Shown in pieces: positions 37,685 to 51,009 of a DNA stretch of 64,000 nucleotides. The stretch comes from Lama guanicoe. Lineage: Eukaryota. Position numbers and translations under genes: made by a program. Location: assembly GCA_013239625.1 (NCBI GenBank), contig MU053881.1, positions 6,781,957 through 6,845,956 on the forward strand, in the 5' to 3' direction. The first letter of the stretch is position 1. The number at the start of each line of letters is the position of its first letter. The notes beneath the pieces are model-generated. The model saw only the letters and a list, made by a program, of their open reading frames with translations. It did no database searches and was not told the origin of the DNA.

Positions 37685-38881
37685 GAAGACTAAATCTAAA
37701 TCACACCATTGATTAAGGCAGGAACACACATTATGCCTTGAGCCCCTAGAGAAAGGTAACTGAATTCAGTTAGGATCTGGAGGGGGTTCACAAGACTTGT
37801 CACAGGATCCTGGGGAGGCTGGACCACCTGGTAGAGTGCTGAGGATGAGAAGTGGAGATCTGGATGTGTCACAGGTCCTGCCTCACCTGGAATCAGGGAT
37901 AAGATGGACAGGGGAGAGGTGGGATGTTGGGAGCTGTGACCTTGTGATTTCTGGGCAGTCAGGTCAAAAGCTAGAACACTGATAACTCACAGCAAGACTT
38001 GCGCTCAGAGAGAGGATGTAATTACCCCAAACCTAGTGCTCTGTGCACTACTCCATCAGAAATGGATTATTCCAGCCAGAGTTCTCCAAGCTCCATAAAT
38101 GAAACAGAAGGGGAGGAAATCCCAGCTCGCATCCCCTCACCCCCAGGAAAGGTGCTGACTGATGGCCCTGCCGTGGGGACCCTTGGGGAGCTTATGCTAA
38201 CAGCCGCTCAGAGCATGTTCGGGGTAATAAAGGGAGAGACGGGAGCTCTCAGTTCATTTTAAACTGCCAGTCTCTCTAGACATGCCGCAAGCTCGTGAAA
38301 GACTGAACGGAACAGATGGCGGGTGGCAATTTCCCCGGTCTTGGTGCCAACTTCCTGGAAACTGCACAAATCAAGCACTTCCTTCTTTGCTCCAGGAAGG
38401 TTGCCGAGAGTGATTGAGGGGGCTGAGTTAGGAGGAAAGGACTTGAACGGTCTCACCCCAACTCGGCCCTGTCCCCTTTTTAGTCCCACCAGTGTAGCTT
38501 TGCCTTGAGGTCCCTCTAACTCAGATCCAGGGAGATCTCTGGAGACAGGAAAGGAGCAGTGGGGCAGTGGAAAGGGAGGGGTTAACAGCTGCAGGATGGG
38601 TCCTGGGGAGACCGTACCTGTCTCCACGGGAGAAAAAGGCAAGCTGCCCTCCGCAGGGAGAGTTCAGGTTCAAATCCCAGCTCCAACTCTTACTAGCCAT
38701 GTGGCCTTGGTAAGTTTCTTCTTAGTACCTCAGCTTCTCCATGTCAACTGGAAATGCTAATAGGAGCCAATTTAAAAGGTGGCCATGTGGATTAATAAAT
38801 TCTAGCCAATGTTTTGTAAGCAGCAGCAGGGACCCACCCCAGAACTCCTCCTCCCCACTCCTCCTACAGTCTCTTCTGTTT

Positions 38882-39056
38882 TTCAGTTGTTTTTTTTTTT
38901 AAGATTTTTTTTGAGGGGGACGTGATTAGGGTTTTTTTATGTATTTTTAATTTTTTTTAATTCCACTTTATTTTTTAGTGGAGGTACTGGGGATTGAACC
39001 CAGGACCTTGTATGTGCTAATCATGTGCTCTACCACTGAGCTATACCTTCTCTGCC
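38882..39056 (-). mobile_element. tRNA-Ala-derived camelid SINE (Vic-1 type)
   Basis: Antisense head ggaggtactggggattgaacccaggacc...gctctaccactgagctatacc, T-rich tail, perfect 15-bp TSD cagtctcttctgttt at 38867-38881 and 39057-39071. Confidence 0.92.
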
Positions 39057-39830
39057 CAGTCTCTTCTGTTTGATCTCACTTAGTCATAAGCTGTCAGATC
39101 AGGAAGGGCCAGTCATTCATCCATTCATTTAACAAACATTTAATAGCATCTACTATGTGTTCAAGGATTTGCGAGAGACAACAGTGAGCGAGAGAGGAGG
39201 CCCTGCACTCATAATGGGGCTCTTTACTGGCCATCTAGATGCTCATGAGATTGCTGAGAAAACCGAGGCCCAGAGGGAGGGAGGGAGGCCCCTGCCCACA
39301 GTGACAGAGCTGTGAAGGTGGGACCCATGTATTTACCAATTCAGGGTCTCCAACTCCAAGCACTAGGCCTGGCAAGAGGAGATGCTAAATTAGTATTTGC
39401 TGAACTGCTGAGAACATGGATCAATAACTCCCAGTCCAGTGCCCTTTCTACGGCCTGCCCCTAAATAATTGGGCAGTGAGTACGTGTATGGAGGGGCAAG
39501 GGTTAGTACTTTCCACTGTGTGTTCCCAATTCCCGTCTCCCTCTGCAAAGGGTGGCCGGAGACAGCTGGAGGGGCTTTTACCTCTATCCTTGGGACATTG
39601 CATCGGGAGCCAAGCTAACCTAATAATGTCGTTCAGAAACGTGGCGCTCACGCCCAGGCCTGCAAATCATGTCGGGTACATAGCACTGATGTCTGAAGGA
39701 AATCAGAGGAGAAAGGTATTTTTTGTAGAAAAAAAGCAATTCTCATGTACTAAGACTATTTTTTCAGGATTCAGCAAACTATACGGCTAACTCTGGTGGG
39801 GCCTGAGACAAGGATGCAAAGGGAGGTGGC

Positions 39831-40255
39831 TGTAGGCACAGCAACGGCCCTCCCAGATGTCCACATCCTCACCCCCGGAAGCTGTACCTTTTAGGTTACC
39901 TGACAAAGGGGTGTTAGGTTGCGGGTGGAGTCAAGGTTGCTAATCAGCTGGCTTCAAGATGGGGAGATAACCCTGGGTTATCTGAGTGGGCCCAAGTATC
40001 TCAAGGGGTCTTATAAGTGGAAGGTGGAGGCAGAAGAGAGAGCCAGAGAGATGGCAGTGTGAGGAAGGCTTGGCTGGCCATCGCGGGCTTGGAAGGCGGA
40101 GGAAGGGGCCTCAGACAGCTGGAAGAGCCAGGGAACAAACTCTCCCCTAGAGCCTCCAGGCAGAATGCAGCCTCCGGATGCCTTGATTTCAGCCCAGTGA
40201 GGCCCACGTTGGGCTTCTAGCTCCTAGAACTGTAAAATAAGAAATTTGCATCAGT
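39831..40255 (+). mobile_element. MLT1D-like MaLR LTR, 3'-truncated
   Basis: cagatgtccacatcctcacccccggaagctgt, aaggttgctaatcagctg, ctcccctagagcctccagg, ccttgatttcagcccagtgag. Confidence 0.85.
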
Positions 40256-43200
40256 TCCTCGCTAAACAGAGTGTGTTCTGTCTTCTGACATTAACAGGGC
40301 TCTCCTCTTAACCGCCTGGGTTTGCAGATTTTGAGATCCATTGCGATTCCTCCCCAGAGCAGGGCAGCGTTCTAGACCCCAAAGCAGGCCCTAGACCCCA
40401 CTCCCCGTCCACGGCCTGACTCTCTTTCTGTTTCCTTCACTTCCCACTCATACCTGCAGGGGCCTGGGTACCCCAGCCTGCCGTCCAAGCCTGTCCACAG
40501 CTGCTGCAAATCGCTTCTCCCAGAAGATGGGCCTCTGAGACCCTGGAAGCAGTCTCAGCGCTATCTGGAGGGGGAATTTGGGGTCCTGGTGCCCAGAGTG
40601 GGGTCCTGGTGAGCAAACACCCCAAGGCCTTTCTCTCTCCTTGTCCTGTGGGTGGGGACATGGCTGGAGCAGAATCACAGGGGGTCCTCTAATGCAGGGG
40701 ATGCACTGCAAGCTCCCCTCTGGTCCAGACCTCAGGGTGGCCCACATCACCAGTAAACCTTTGTAAGCCCAGAGGAAGTTGAGCGATAAGTGGATGGGCA
40801 GCTGGGTTTTGTGGCCACATAAAAATACCTCATTTTTTCCCCCTTAAACAACTCTTTCTGGATTGGCGTTTTCTTTACCAACAGTAGACCCCACTGAAAC
40901 AAAGCACGCTATTTCATGTTATGTGAATAGCCTATATTTAAATCCATAGTGAGGCTTGAAAACCAACTGGGTCATGGGAAAGAGGACTGCAGAGTCCAAG
41001 GTTAGGACCCATCCGGGTGAGTGGGAAGAAAGCAGGATTGGCCTCAACCGTCACTATTCGAGATACCATGGCATAAAGTAGTGAACCCCCCATGGAAGGG
41101 AGTATTCAAGAGCAGGTCCAATGGCTATTTCTCTGGGTTTTGTAGAAGGAATTCCTGCACAAAAAGGCACAGGACTCTACACCACCCTGGAGCATAACCA
41201 CACCAGAAAACCTGCTTGAGTCCTGGCCTCCACTCCCTCCGATGTTCTGGGCTCTCCTCTGTTATGAAACATGTCTGGGCTGACAGCACGATTCTGTGTA
41301 CGCCCCTCTGTCACAGAGCCAAAAAGACCTCCACCCAGAAGACACTGTTGAAGGCATCAAATGATGGTGCTGTCTCCAGGCTCACCTGGCAGAAACGGGA
41401 CACTGTCCCGAGCATGGGGATGGAGTGTCTTGAGAGATGCCGGTCTCCCTGCACTCAGACCCCCCAGGGCCAGTGGGTCGGACTTCCTCAGAGACACTCG
41501 TCCTGCACACAGAGTGAGGGCCCATCTCTAGTGGACCAGGGCTGAGGCCCAAGGTCAGGCTGGATCCTAGAAGGTCAGGTCCAAACCCCTTGCAGCTGAG
41601 CAAACTGAAGAGGGACTGACCACAGATGTCCGGACTAACTAGGGCTGAGTCCTGACCACGGCTCCAAGGCCCCTGAGGACCTGGGCCACCAGCCTCTCTG
41701 GCTTCACAGAGACTTTTATCCACAAGGCCTCCTTTTGGGTTTCTGAAAGGACCCTGCTTACTCAGCCCTCAGAGTCTTTGCAATGGGGTCTCTTCCGTAA
41801 GGAGCTGCCCGAAAGGGAAAGGGACAAACCAAGGGTCACACAGCTCATCAGGCGCCCAGCTGGGCTGTGACTCCCGCGTCACCCCACTGCACAAACCTGT
41901 AGGCGACGGGGCTTAATAAGGGTTCAGGCAATGGGTGCCCCCTGAGGACCAGCTGTGGCTCCAGCTCTGATCAGTTGCTTCCTTCCGCTGGGGTAGGCGC
42001 TGTGCTCACAGTATCCGTGCTGGTTCACTCATTCAAGAGCTCCTTTTCTGCCAAGAACCAAGCACTGTGATGGGTCCCAGGCCACAGCAGGCCCCGAGGC
42101 CACAGACGCCTCTTGCCATCTGTGCTCCTCCATCTCTGCCCCGACTCCCCGGCTGGGACAGAAACATACGGAGGTGCAAAGTGCGTGGACAGATGCATCC
42201 AAACCGGTACACACGGGCACACCGGCACCTGCCACTCACAGCACAGAGCCCCGCCCAGCACGGGACCCTGCAGGTGCGGGCTCTGGGAGTCTCCCCTCAG
42301 GGGGCTCTTTGTTCCGGGCTCCCTGGAGCTAGCCCTGGTATCTGAATCACAAAGCCTCACTACAAAGGCGCCTTGTTCTCTGAGTTTCCTACCAGAAAGA
42401 TTTCAGGCAGGGCTGCTGCATGTAATTGGCCTCAGATGAGTAATAACAGGGGCTCGAGGTCTGGTCCCATCACTGCATATGGCCTGCGGCCCTCCAGCCC
42501 TGCCGAGACCCTGCTGGTCTGGAATGGCACCTGCAGGAGCATTAATGAAACTGAAAATAAAGTTTACTTACAGGATATACAGGACGTCACATTTCTTGTA
42601 CACCCGAGGCTGTAGAGTGAAATTCACACCGGTCACACACGCGCCAGCTGATGACTGATGCAGATGGAGAGAGGGAGGTACGAGCCAAGGCACTGAGAGG
42701 GGGTGCACGGACAGATTCTGCACTGGGATGAGAGGGAGGGACCACCCAGGGCCCCAAAGCACTGCCTGACCCTCATGGGTCCAGCTCCGCCAGGCGGGTG
42801 CGTGTCCCCAGCTAAGGATGTCGGCCTGACCTTGCTGTCTGTGGCCACCACACTTTGTCAGGCCACCAGATGTTCTTGGCTGAAGTTCTATTCACATTTT
42901 AAGGCAGCTCCATCTCTGCCCCAAACTCAAGAGGCAAAGCCATTAACACACTCCCTGGATCTCACCCCAGGGAGAGACAGGTTTAGTTGGAGGCCTCAGG
43001 TCCTGGCTAGGGGTGGGTGGGTAGAAACACCAGCCCTAATGTCCAAGAGCCAGTTGCCTGACCCTTGGGTCCTCTGCACACCCTGGGCAGCGGCCTCATC
43101 AGGGACAAGCTCTTCCCTTGTCCATCATCTTTGAGTTTTTGTGTGTCATGATAGCGTTCAATTCTGCCAGCTTTCCTTTGAGGTAGGTACTGCTAATTTG

Positions 43201-43539
43201 CCACCTTAGAAGCGACCAAGGTGAGGTCCAAGGTCCTGCCACAAATCCACGGTCATGATTTGAATTCCGACCTCTACATTCTTCCTTTAATACCACCATC
43301 AAGAAGGATCACAAATCAAATTCTGGTCTGGCTTCTATTCCCATTACTCAATGAAATAAACTCTTCGTAAGGCCACGGGTGACCTCTGCGGCCCTAAACA
43401 CAACAGGTTAAATTGGCCCTCGTTCTGCTGGCCTTTCAGCTGTGTGGGACACTCTCAGTAGCTTCCTGTCCTCTTCAGCTTCCATGACACCACACTGAAG
43501 CTGTTTTTTGTTTTGCTTTTTCCTTCGTTTCCCCTCTCA

Positions 43540-43975
43540 CCTCCCTGGTCCATTCTCTGCCCATTCCTGCCCTGCTTTGTCACCCTGGTCTGCGCCACCC
43601 TGACTGCCTTGCCCTCTGACTCTGGCTGGGTTTGGCCAAGGAGAGAGGGGCACCAGTAGGCTGGGGAGCGGGAAGAGGAGAGGTCAGGCATTTGTTGCCC
43701 CAACTCCTGCCCTGTCCATCTGCAGTTCTGGCCGTGGCCGCATCCCCGAGGTCACAGCTCCACCACACACTGGACTCCGTCCCACTCCCCTCTCCTGGAT
43801 GCAGCAGGCCCAGGGATGCTAACAGCTCCCTCTGCTGCTGGTCCTGGGGTACATCAGCACCCTGGGGTTCCCCTCGGTGCTGCGCATACCTCTATCCATA
43901 GCCCCTCATTAAACCCTCTTCCCTTAGACCGGCTGCGTGCCATCTCTTTCCTGCAGGCACCCGGAACCGTGCAAC
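43540..43975 (+). mobile_element. LTR33-like ERVL LTR
   Basis: ccattctctgcccattcctgccc...ggctgggtttggccaagg...gagaggtcaggcattt...cccctcattaaaccctct...tgccatctctttcctgc. Confidence 0.7.
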
Positions 43976-44539
43976 ACTCTGCCAGTTTCCTTCCTTTCTG
44001 GCCATTCCTGCTCTGCCTTCTTTTAAGGCACACATCCTTCATCCAATTATTAAACACTGATGAGCCTCAAGGACTGGTCCAAGATGCTCTTTTCCTGTCA
44101 GTCCATAGCATCAGCCTCGGTGATCTCACCTGCCCCCAGAGCTGCAATTACCGCCTACCCGGATGACTCATCCAGGCCTCTCTCCAGTCCAGGTTTTTCT
44201 GAGCTCCAGCATGGATAATCCAACCGCCTCCTTGACACTTCCCCTTGACTTTCCCGAAGGCATCTTATACTTGACATCTTCCAACCTTCTTATTCTTAAT
44301 GAATGAGGCCACCGCTGATCTAGTTCTGCAAGCTGGCAGCCCAGAGGTCCTCTTTGACCTTTCCCTCACACTCCTCTCTCACACCCAACCCATCACCAAG
44401 TCCTGTCCACTTCTCTCCACTCCCACAGACACCTGGTCCAGGCTACCTTCAGATTTTGCCTTGGTGCTCGGTCTACCCACACTTTCTTGCTTCTCCCCAC
44501 TCTTTGAGCTGCTCTTTGCAACATAATCAGAGAGGTTTT

Positions 44540-44787
44540 TTCTTTCTTTCTTTCTTTCTTTTTTGTATATATATACTTTTATTGAAGTATAGTCAGTTTA
44601 CAACACTATTAAGTCAATTTCTGGTGTACAGCATAACGCTTCAGTCATACATGAACATACATCTATTTGTTTTCATATTCTTTTTCACCGTAATTCAAGA
44701 TATTGAATATAGTTCCCTGTGCTATGCAGTATGAACTTGTTGTTTGTTTTATATATATTAGTTAGTATCTGCAAATCTTGAACTCTC
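44540..44787 (-). mobile_element. L1 3'UTR fragment (artiodactyl/camelid type)
   Basis: (tttc)n tail, tttattgaagtatagtcagtttacaac, gatattgaatatagttccctgtgctatgcagta. Confidence 0.85.
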
Positions 44788-45859
44788 AGGGAGATCTTTT
44801 TACAGTGCAAACTTCATCAGACCACTCCCCTGCTTACAGCCTTCAGTAGTTCCAGGTGCCCTTAGATCTTCTCAGCCTCTCCAGCGTCCCATGCCTCACC
44901 TGCCCTCAATCTCGCCTCCTCCAGGAAGTGTGGTCTGTAATCCATTCCTCCTACACACATCCCCCTCCCTCCACAGCCACACCTGCAAGTATCATTTCTC
45001 ACCTCTGCCCTCTTCAGTTCCTTAACTTCTGCTCATCCCAACGCTCTCTGCTTGGTGATCGCAGCCTCAAGCAGCTTCTCTGATCTCCCTGACCAGTGAC
45101 CCCTCTCTTGTACGACTTATTACAGCTTTAGTGTCACACTTCCTTGTAAATTTTATAAATGTCTGTTTCCCTACCTGCTATGTAAAGTCCAAGAGGGTAG
45201 GGGCCCATCTGTCCTGTTTATTCATCTCTATATCCTGATCGCCTAGCCCAGTGCCTGGCACATAGTGGAAGCTCTGTATTTGTTGAGAGGATGAATGAAT
45301 GAATGAATAGATGAATGAACGAACACACAGGGGAACAAAAGGCTTGTTCTAACTAGCCTGTTACTGACAACCATAAGCAGTGTTGTTTATACTGTGCTGG
45401 GCTTTTAAGGACGTGTGCAGGAGTTTTCCATTGGGAGACAAAGGGAAGGACATTCTCATAGAGAAAGAAACTAAATGACTGAGTGTAGAAGGAAACCTGG
45501 TCAGAATTGCTTTAGGCAGAGGAATGCCTGAGTTTTTCATGACAGATATTTAAATGTACTTTTTTGGTTGAGCTTCCAATGATACAGCCTGACTCCTCAC
45601 ACGTAGTTCCCCCCCAAAGTCTCCTGTCATGGACTTTGGCCCCATCCTAGGGTCATCTGGTCTCAGCCCTGAGCCATAGACGAAGGCTCTGCATTGAGAC
45701 CCCTGGACTGACCGTGTGTGTGCCTCCCAGGTCCCGCCCTCCTTCTCACTGCGGCAGCCCCTGATGTTCGTGGGTCAATGTCTCCCTCTCCCCCCACCCT
45801 GTGGGCTTCACCCGCATTCCACAGGAGGCCACGTGGCCCAGGCCGGAGCCCACTGTGTC

Positions 45860-46247
45860 TCTCATTACCCAGGCTTCAGTGATTAGTTTAGGGGTGGACA
45901 CACAGCAAGAAACCCGGGATGTTTTCAAGAGCTACTGCCAGACTCTCCCTCTTCCCCATGGGACTCACATAATGGGATATGATTCTGGAGCTGAGTTTGC
46001 CTTCTGGAGGGAGAAGAGACCCTCAGGAGCCACTATGTGAAAAAGAAGGCCATACAGGAAAGCAGAGCCTGGAAATGGAAAGAAACCAGTCCTGTGGGCA
46101 TCACTGGACGCCTGGATCCAGCAGTGCCTGAATTCCTCTTACCCCTGAAGTTGCTAATTATGTGAACCATTGAATCCCTGCACTACTTAATGCCAATGCA
46201 GGGCTGGAGTTTTTGTCTTCTGAACAAAACAGAGTCCTCAATGCAAC
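45860..46247 (+). mobile_element. Old MaLR LTR (MLT1J/K-like)
   Basis: gtgattagtttaggggtggacac...cctggatccagcagtgcctgaa...aacagagtcctcaatgcaaca. Confidence 0.65.
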
Positions 46248-47463
46248 AGCCTCTGTGTGTCCTCTCTGCATCCCAGTGCCTCCAGAAGCTTCCCTAGGTC
46301 TCCCAAGAAGGTGTCAGGCAAGGCCGCCACCTGGAATCAGTTTGCTTTGCTTCCACTTTGCCTCTAATTTGCTGTGTGACCTTGACAAGGTCCCTTCCTT
46401 CTGGATCCTCTGTTTTCTGATGTGTGAAATAACTGACCTTGTTCTGGGATTCGTAGCATCCTGGGCTTTTTCTGCCAGGGTCTTACGGTGATTTTCTGTT
46501 TAATTATCCGAGCCCCTCTTGCCTCCTGTGGACAGCCAGGTGGAGTCCTGGTTGTACGAAGGAGGGATGGACCATTCCTTTGGGTTCTGAGTCCTCTGCT
46601 CTCAGGATCTCCCAAGCTGCCTGCCCCCGGTGAGCAAAACCAGGGCCACATATAACCTTCCATGACGGACCTGGGGGTGCGGGCTGCAAAGCCCCTGGGA
46701 GGGCAATGTTGCCCTAAGTCTCAAGGCTTTGCCAGGCCCCGTCCTGCTGTCTCAGCAGGAAATACTGAAGCTGAGGCCTCCTCAGGCTAAATGATACCCC
46801 CAGGGCTAGCTCGGAGGGCCCTGCAACATGCTGGAGCTCCGCCCACCCCTCCCCTGCCGCAGCAGCAGGTCCCCTTATTGGGAGGCAGCAGAAAGTGATA
46901 GGGGACAGCTGCCAAGCGCAGCCCCTCCCCCACCCTCTCATCGCTCCCGCTCTCCTGACACTTTGCAGGAATGAGCTGGAACGGCAGGTGGTGAGGAGAC
47001 TTCCTGGAAGGCAGCCCCGGGCCTTGGCGCTCAGCCGAGCCTGCACGTTTGTTCCTCACCTGTGCCTGCCTGCCAGTTAGCCTGCCGAGCTTCATAAACG
47101 CTGCGATTTGTGGAATTCAAATTTCCTTCTTATTTGCATCTGATAGCGTGGCGGCAGGGAGCAGAGGAAGGGCTAAAGGCTTCCGGTAGGTGCCTGGGCC
47201 TACAGTGGAGATGCTGGATGCCATGGACCACTCTGGCCCACCTGACTCTAGGCACAGGGCACGCCCATGGACTGGGAGGCTCCACCAAGGGACAGAGGTG
47301 GGGTGGACATGGTAGGGGCAGGAGCACAGGCCACAGCGGTTAGGGTGGCAGTGGGGGAGACCCAACACAACGAGCCACTGCCCCCGCCTCCTTGTGGCTT
47401 TGAGGTTTGCCGCCCCTCACTGGTCCTATGTGGCTGATCAGAGGCAGATTCAGCCATGAATTT

Positions 47464-47890
47464 TGTCTTAGACCAGGTTTGCAGAAGCAGACCCAGAGAT
47501 GAGAAGTTATGTGCCGGAGATTTATCATGGAAAGGCTTCTAGAAGAAACCAGCAAAGGATGGGGAAAAAGAAATGGGAGAAGAGGGCGAGACGCGGAGGG
47601 AGGCTGCTGTCTCAGGTCTGGCCCCGCGGGGACTCAGGAGGACCACGTGTGCTCCAGGCAAGGGAGCCAGGCTTTCCCGTCCCGCCATGGACAAAGCGCT
47701 GGGGAAGGATGAGGGAGGGCGGGACACACTCCCGGGCACTTCAGACTCCGGACAAGTGAGAAAGCCACTCCAGCAGCCTGGGGAACGGGTCTCTGAAGGG
47801 TGTGACAGCGATGGGCTTGATGGGACCATGAATGGCCGGAGGGCAGCCTTGCTCTGGTGCCAAAAACAGGTCCAGGATGGAACACAAGAA
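47464..47890 (-). mobile_element. ERVL-type LTR (LTR16/LTR67-like)
   Basis: tgtcttagaccaggtttgcagaagcagacccagagatgag...gatttat...gcaagggagccaggcttt; subfamily uncertain. Confidence 0.55.
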
Positions 47891-48657
47891 TTTTGTCTCC
47901 TGTGACCAAAGAGGCTGGAAGGAAAGGCAAGGAAATACAAAGGCTGGTGTAGGGAAGGACAGCAGAGGCTTTGTGCAGGGGCAGGAATGATGACGGTGTG
48001 AAGCTGGACATCACGCTTGAGGCCAGCCCTGGGGAAGGGGCACGAGATTGGCCTGGTCATGAGCTGAAGGACCCGAGAAATGCACACCAGGACTCCAAAG
48101 ACTTTGTGCAAAGGCTAGAGGTGAGGAAAAGCCTGGATAGTTTTGGATCTGCACATGGTACCACCTTAGAGCGGGAAGAGTACAGAAAGCACAGGATGGC
48201 GGTGCGGGGACCACCGGCCTGCCTGCCGCAGACACTGTGCAGAGCGGCTGCTCGGCTGTGATGGAGCCCGGCTTTGAAGGGAGGCATCATTACCCCACGT
48301 CCCCTCGCTGCACTTGCTGAGGGTGCTTGTCCCTTGCTGGGTTCCAAGCCCTCCCTATCGGGCCAGGTCGCCCGGTTCCAAGGTCTCTGACCTCCGGCGA
48401 GGGGCGAGCATGGGTTTGTAGGTGTGTTTGAGGACCGCACGGGTGGACGGAAAGCACACAGGTGCCTTTTTCACCAGCCTAGCTGGGTTGTTGTGAGGCC
48501 TAGAGACACCAGCCTGGAGAGGGTCTGTGGATCGTATGGCGCTGGGCCAGTAAGTGTTACGCTTTTTGGCCTAGTCTTGGCCTCTGTGGGTGAGAATGAG
48601 GCCAATGGGCAGGTTCCCAATCAGGAAGTCTGAGCTGAAACACTGCAGAAAGCGATG

Positions 48658-48660
<3 letters not shown>

Positions 48661-48698
<38 letters not shown>
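48661..48698 (+). repeat. (AC)19 microsatellite
   Basis: Perfect dinucleotide run, directly counted; abuts a MER5A-like fragment (gaacttgtcagaaatgca...ctggggtgggcccagc). Confidence 0.97.
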
Positions 48699-48700
<2 letters not shown>

Positions 48701-51009
48701 ACTTGTCAGAAATGCACGCTCTTGAGCCGTACCCAGACCTCCGGAGTCAGACGCCCTGGGGTGGGCCCAGCCATCTGGGTGCCTGTGGGCCCTCCCATTG
48801 TTATGGAAACGACAGGCCAGCCAAGAAACAAGCACCACTCAGAGGGTCGAAGTACTCAGATGTATTTCGCCGGCGGGCTCAGGGGGGCTTCTGCTCCGAA
48901 GCTCTGAGCACCTCCAAGACGTGCGCATGAGGTTTTATAGGGTAAAGTACAAGCTTGGGGTATTCGGCCAATAGGCAGGGAACAGCTTTAGCAGCATCAT
49001 TATCACAAAAGCGGAGGCAGGGAGGCAGCAAATCAACATTCCAAAGCCAGATATATATCTTTGAAAATCCAGCTGGCTAGCAAAAAACATGAACAGCAAA
49101 CCAACACTAATTAACTTAGATTTACAAGTTAGTCCAGCAGAACTCAGATCAGTATTCCGATACTTAGATTTGTGAGTTATCTTGTTAGACCAGCCCAGCC
49201 TCTCCTTCACATTCCTAGACTTGTGAGTTATCTTGTTAGCCCAGCCGGCTTTTCCTTCACACCATCAGGGATTCTGACGCCTACTCAAGACTGAGAACCA
49301 TGGGGTGGGACAGGTGGCCCTTGCTGATTCTGGCCTCAGGCCGAGCGACTGTCCCCTGTCACCCTCTCAAGTAGCTGCTGAGGCTTTCTGTTCACCGGGC
49401 AGAGCAGAAATCGGCCCTCTGGGAGCACACTCCCCACTCTGCCTGTGTTGCTGGCATTCTCCACCTGGCTCCACGTTCTCTCCTGGAAATGAATGGCCTG
49501 GAATGGCCGCATATTTACATAATGGCTTTTCGTCCCCTCCAGGAACCATAATGAATTGTTTTGGAATACCATTTCCCCAGTCTGGTTGCCCAGAGCCCTG
49601 GTTCTTTCCATGTAGGTCTCAGAATCACTGGGACAGCTTGTGAAACTGCAGGCGCCCGCCCCACCCCTTCCTAGTTCCAGAATCCTGTAGTGTAGCCGGA
49701 ATGATGCCCTTTACGTAAAATGGGGACAAGGCCACGGTCTTGGTCAAAAGGAAGGATTGTGGGGATGTGGGTGCTGGGTGTGTCTGTTGAGATGGAGGGA
49801 GCACCCTTACAGCAGCCTGTGGGCACTGGGGGCGGGTCAGGTGGTGGGGGGAACCCTGGAGGGGGAAATGAGAAGGCGGTGGAGGGAAGGGAGAGAAATT
49901 GGGGAACTGGTCCCTGAAGGAGCCTCCCTGGGTGGTCTCCTCACCATGTTACCCAGAGAGCAGCAGCGCTGTTTCCTGAGCGCGGGGCGGGGATCTGCGC
50001 ACGTGGTTTCTCATCTAATTCTCCTAAGGCCCCGTGGGGGAGGGATTTCATCTCCGATTTCACAGAGGGTAAGTGGCTTGTCCAAATCACATCACTCATC
50101 AGGATTAAGCAAAGTCCTGTTCTGTTCCCGAGCCCGTGCCTTCAGCACCTTCTTGTACCTCCTCCTCCTGAGGAAGCCAAGAATGTCAAGGATGTGGCTC
50201 ATGGCGAGCTTGCAAAAAAAAAAAAAAAAAAGGAAGCTGAAACTATGAGGAGGGGTGGGCTGTCTGGACCTACAGGTTCTAGGGCCCTCTGCTCTGGAAC
50301 AAGTGCTCAAAGACTTCACTCCCCCGTTTGCAGTAAAATTTCTAAGCAGGCAACCGGAGTCCAGAAAGACCTCAGGGGTTGGGACGAGGGAAGCAGGATG
50401 CCTTCTGCCTATGAGGAACGCTCAGGACTTCTTCAGCCTGCAGGAAGACCAGGGAGACACTGAACCCAAGGGGCTGGACTTGATGGTAAAACCTTGCTGG
50501 GAAAAATCCGGGCTGGCGGGCAGAAGCCGCCAGCCTGTGGCCTGTGCCGCCCTCTGCTGGTCCTTAGTGGTACTACTGCAGCTGGTCAGGGCCAGCTCCC
50601 CAGGCTGGGTGCCTTACGCCGCGACACCAGGGGAGGCTGCGTCCTGACCATGGCCAGTTCCACCCCAGCTCAGACAGGCCCCCATCAACGGTGTCCAAGG
50701 CCATGGTTGGCAGCTATCTGGGAAGCTGAGAGCTCCCTTCTGTTTTGTTCTTGGAGGAGGTTTGACTGTCATTTCCCCCTCCTTGTCAACCCAGGTCCCT
50801 GGCTGCTGCTCCTCCTGTCTGCAGGGGCAGACAGGTCCTGCCTGACGGGCTTCCACGGTGCGCACCCTACCTGAGCCAGAAGTCCTAGGCCCTCCTACGC
50901 CTGTCCATCCTGGTCTCCCGGGGAGGGGCCTGATAACACCCTAACCACGACACTCTCCGATTTGAGGGATGGGAAGCTAAAGTTCCCGGAGCTGCCTCAC
51001 TCCAGCCCT

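Larger units (their letters stand above)
43370..45320 (+). mobile_element. L2 interrupted by an LTR and an L1
   Basis: ctcttcagcttccatgacaccacac...; gatgactcatccaggcctctctccag; ends cccagtgcctggcacatagtgg...gaatgaatgaatgaat. Confidence 0.75.

Noticed and set aside
47539..48111. Longest ORF (190 aa, minus strand)
   Set aside because: Overlaps LTR- and L2-like sequence, has no recognisable domain and sits in GC-rich DNA where stops are rare.
46850..48450. CpG island / promoter
   Set aside because: GC-rich but CpGs remain sparse by eye, part of it is LTR-derived, and no first exon is evident.
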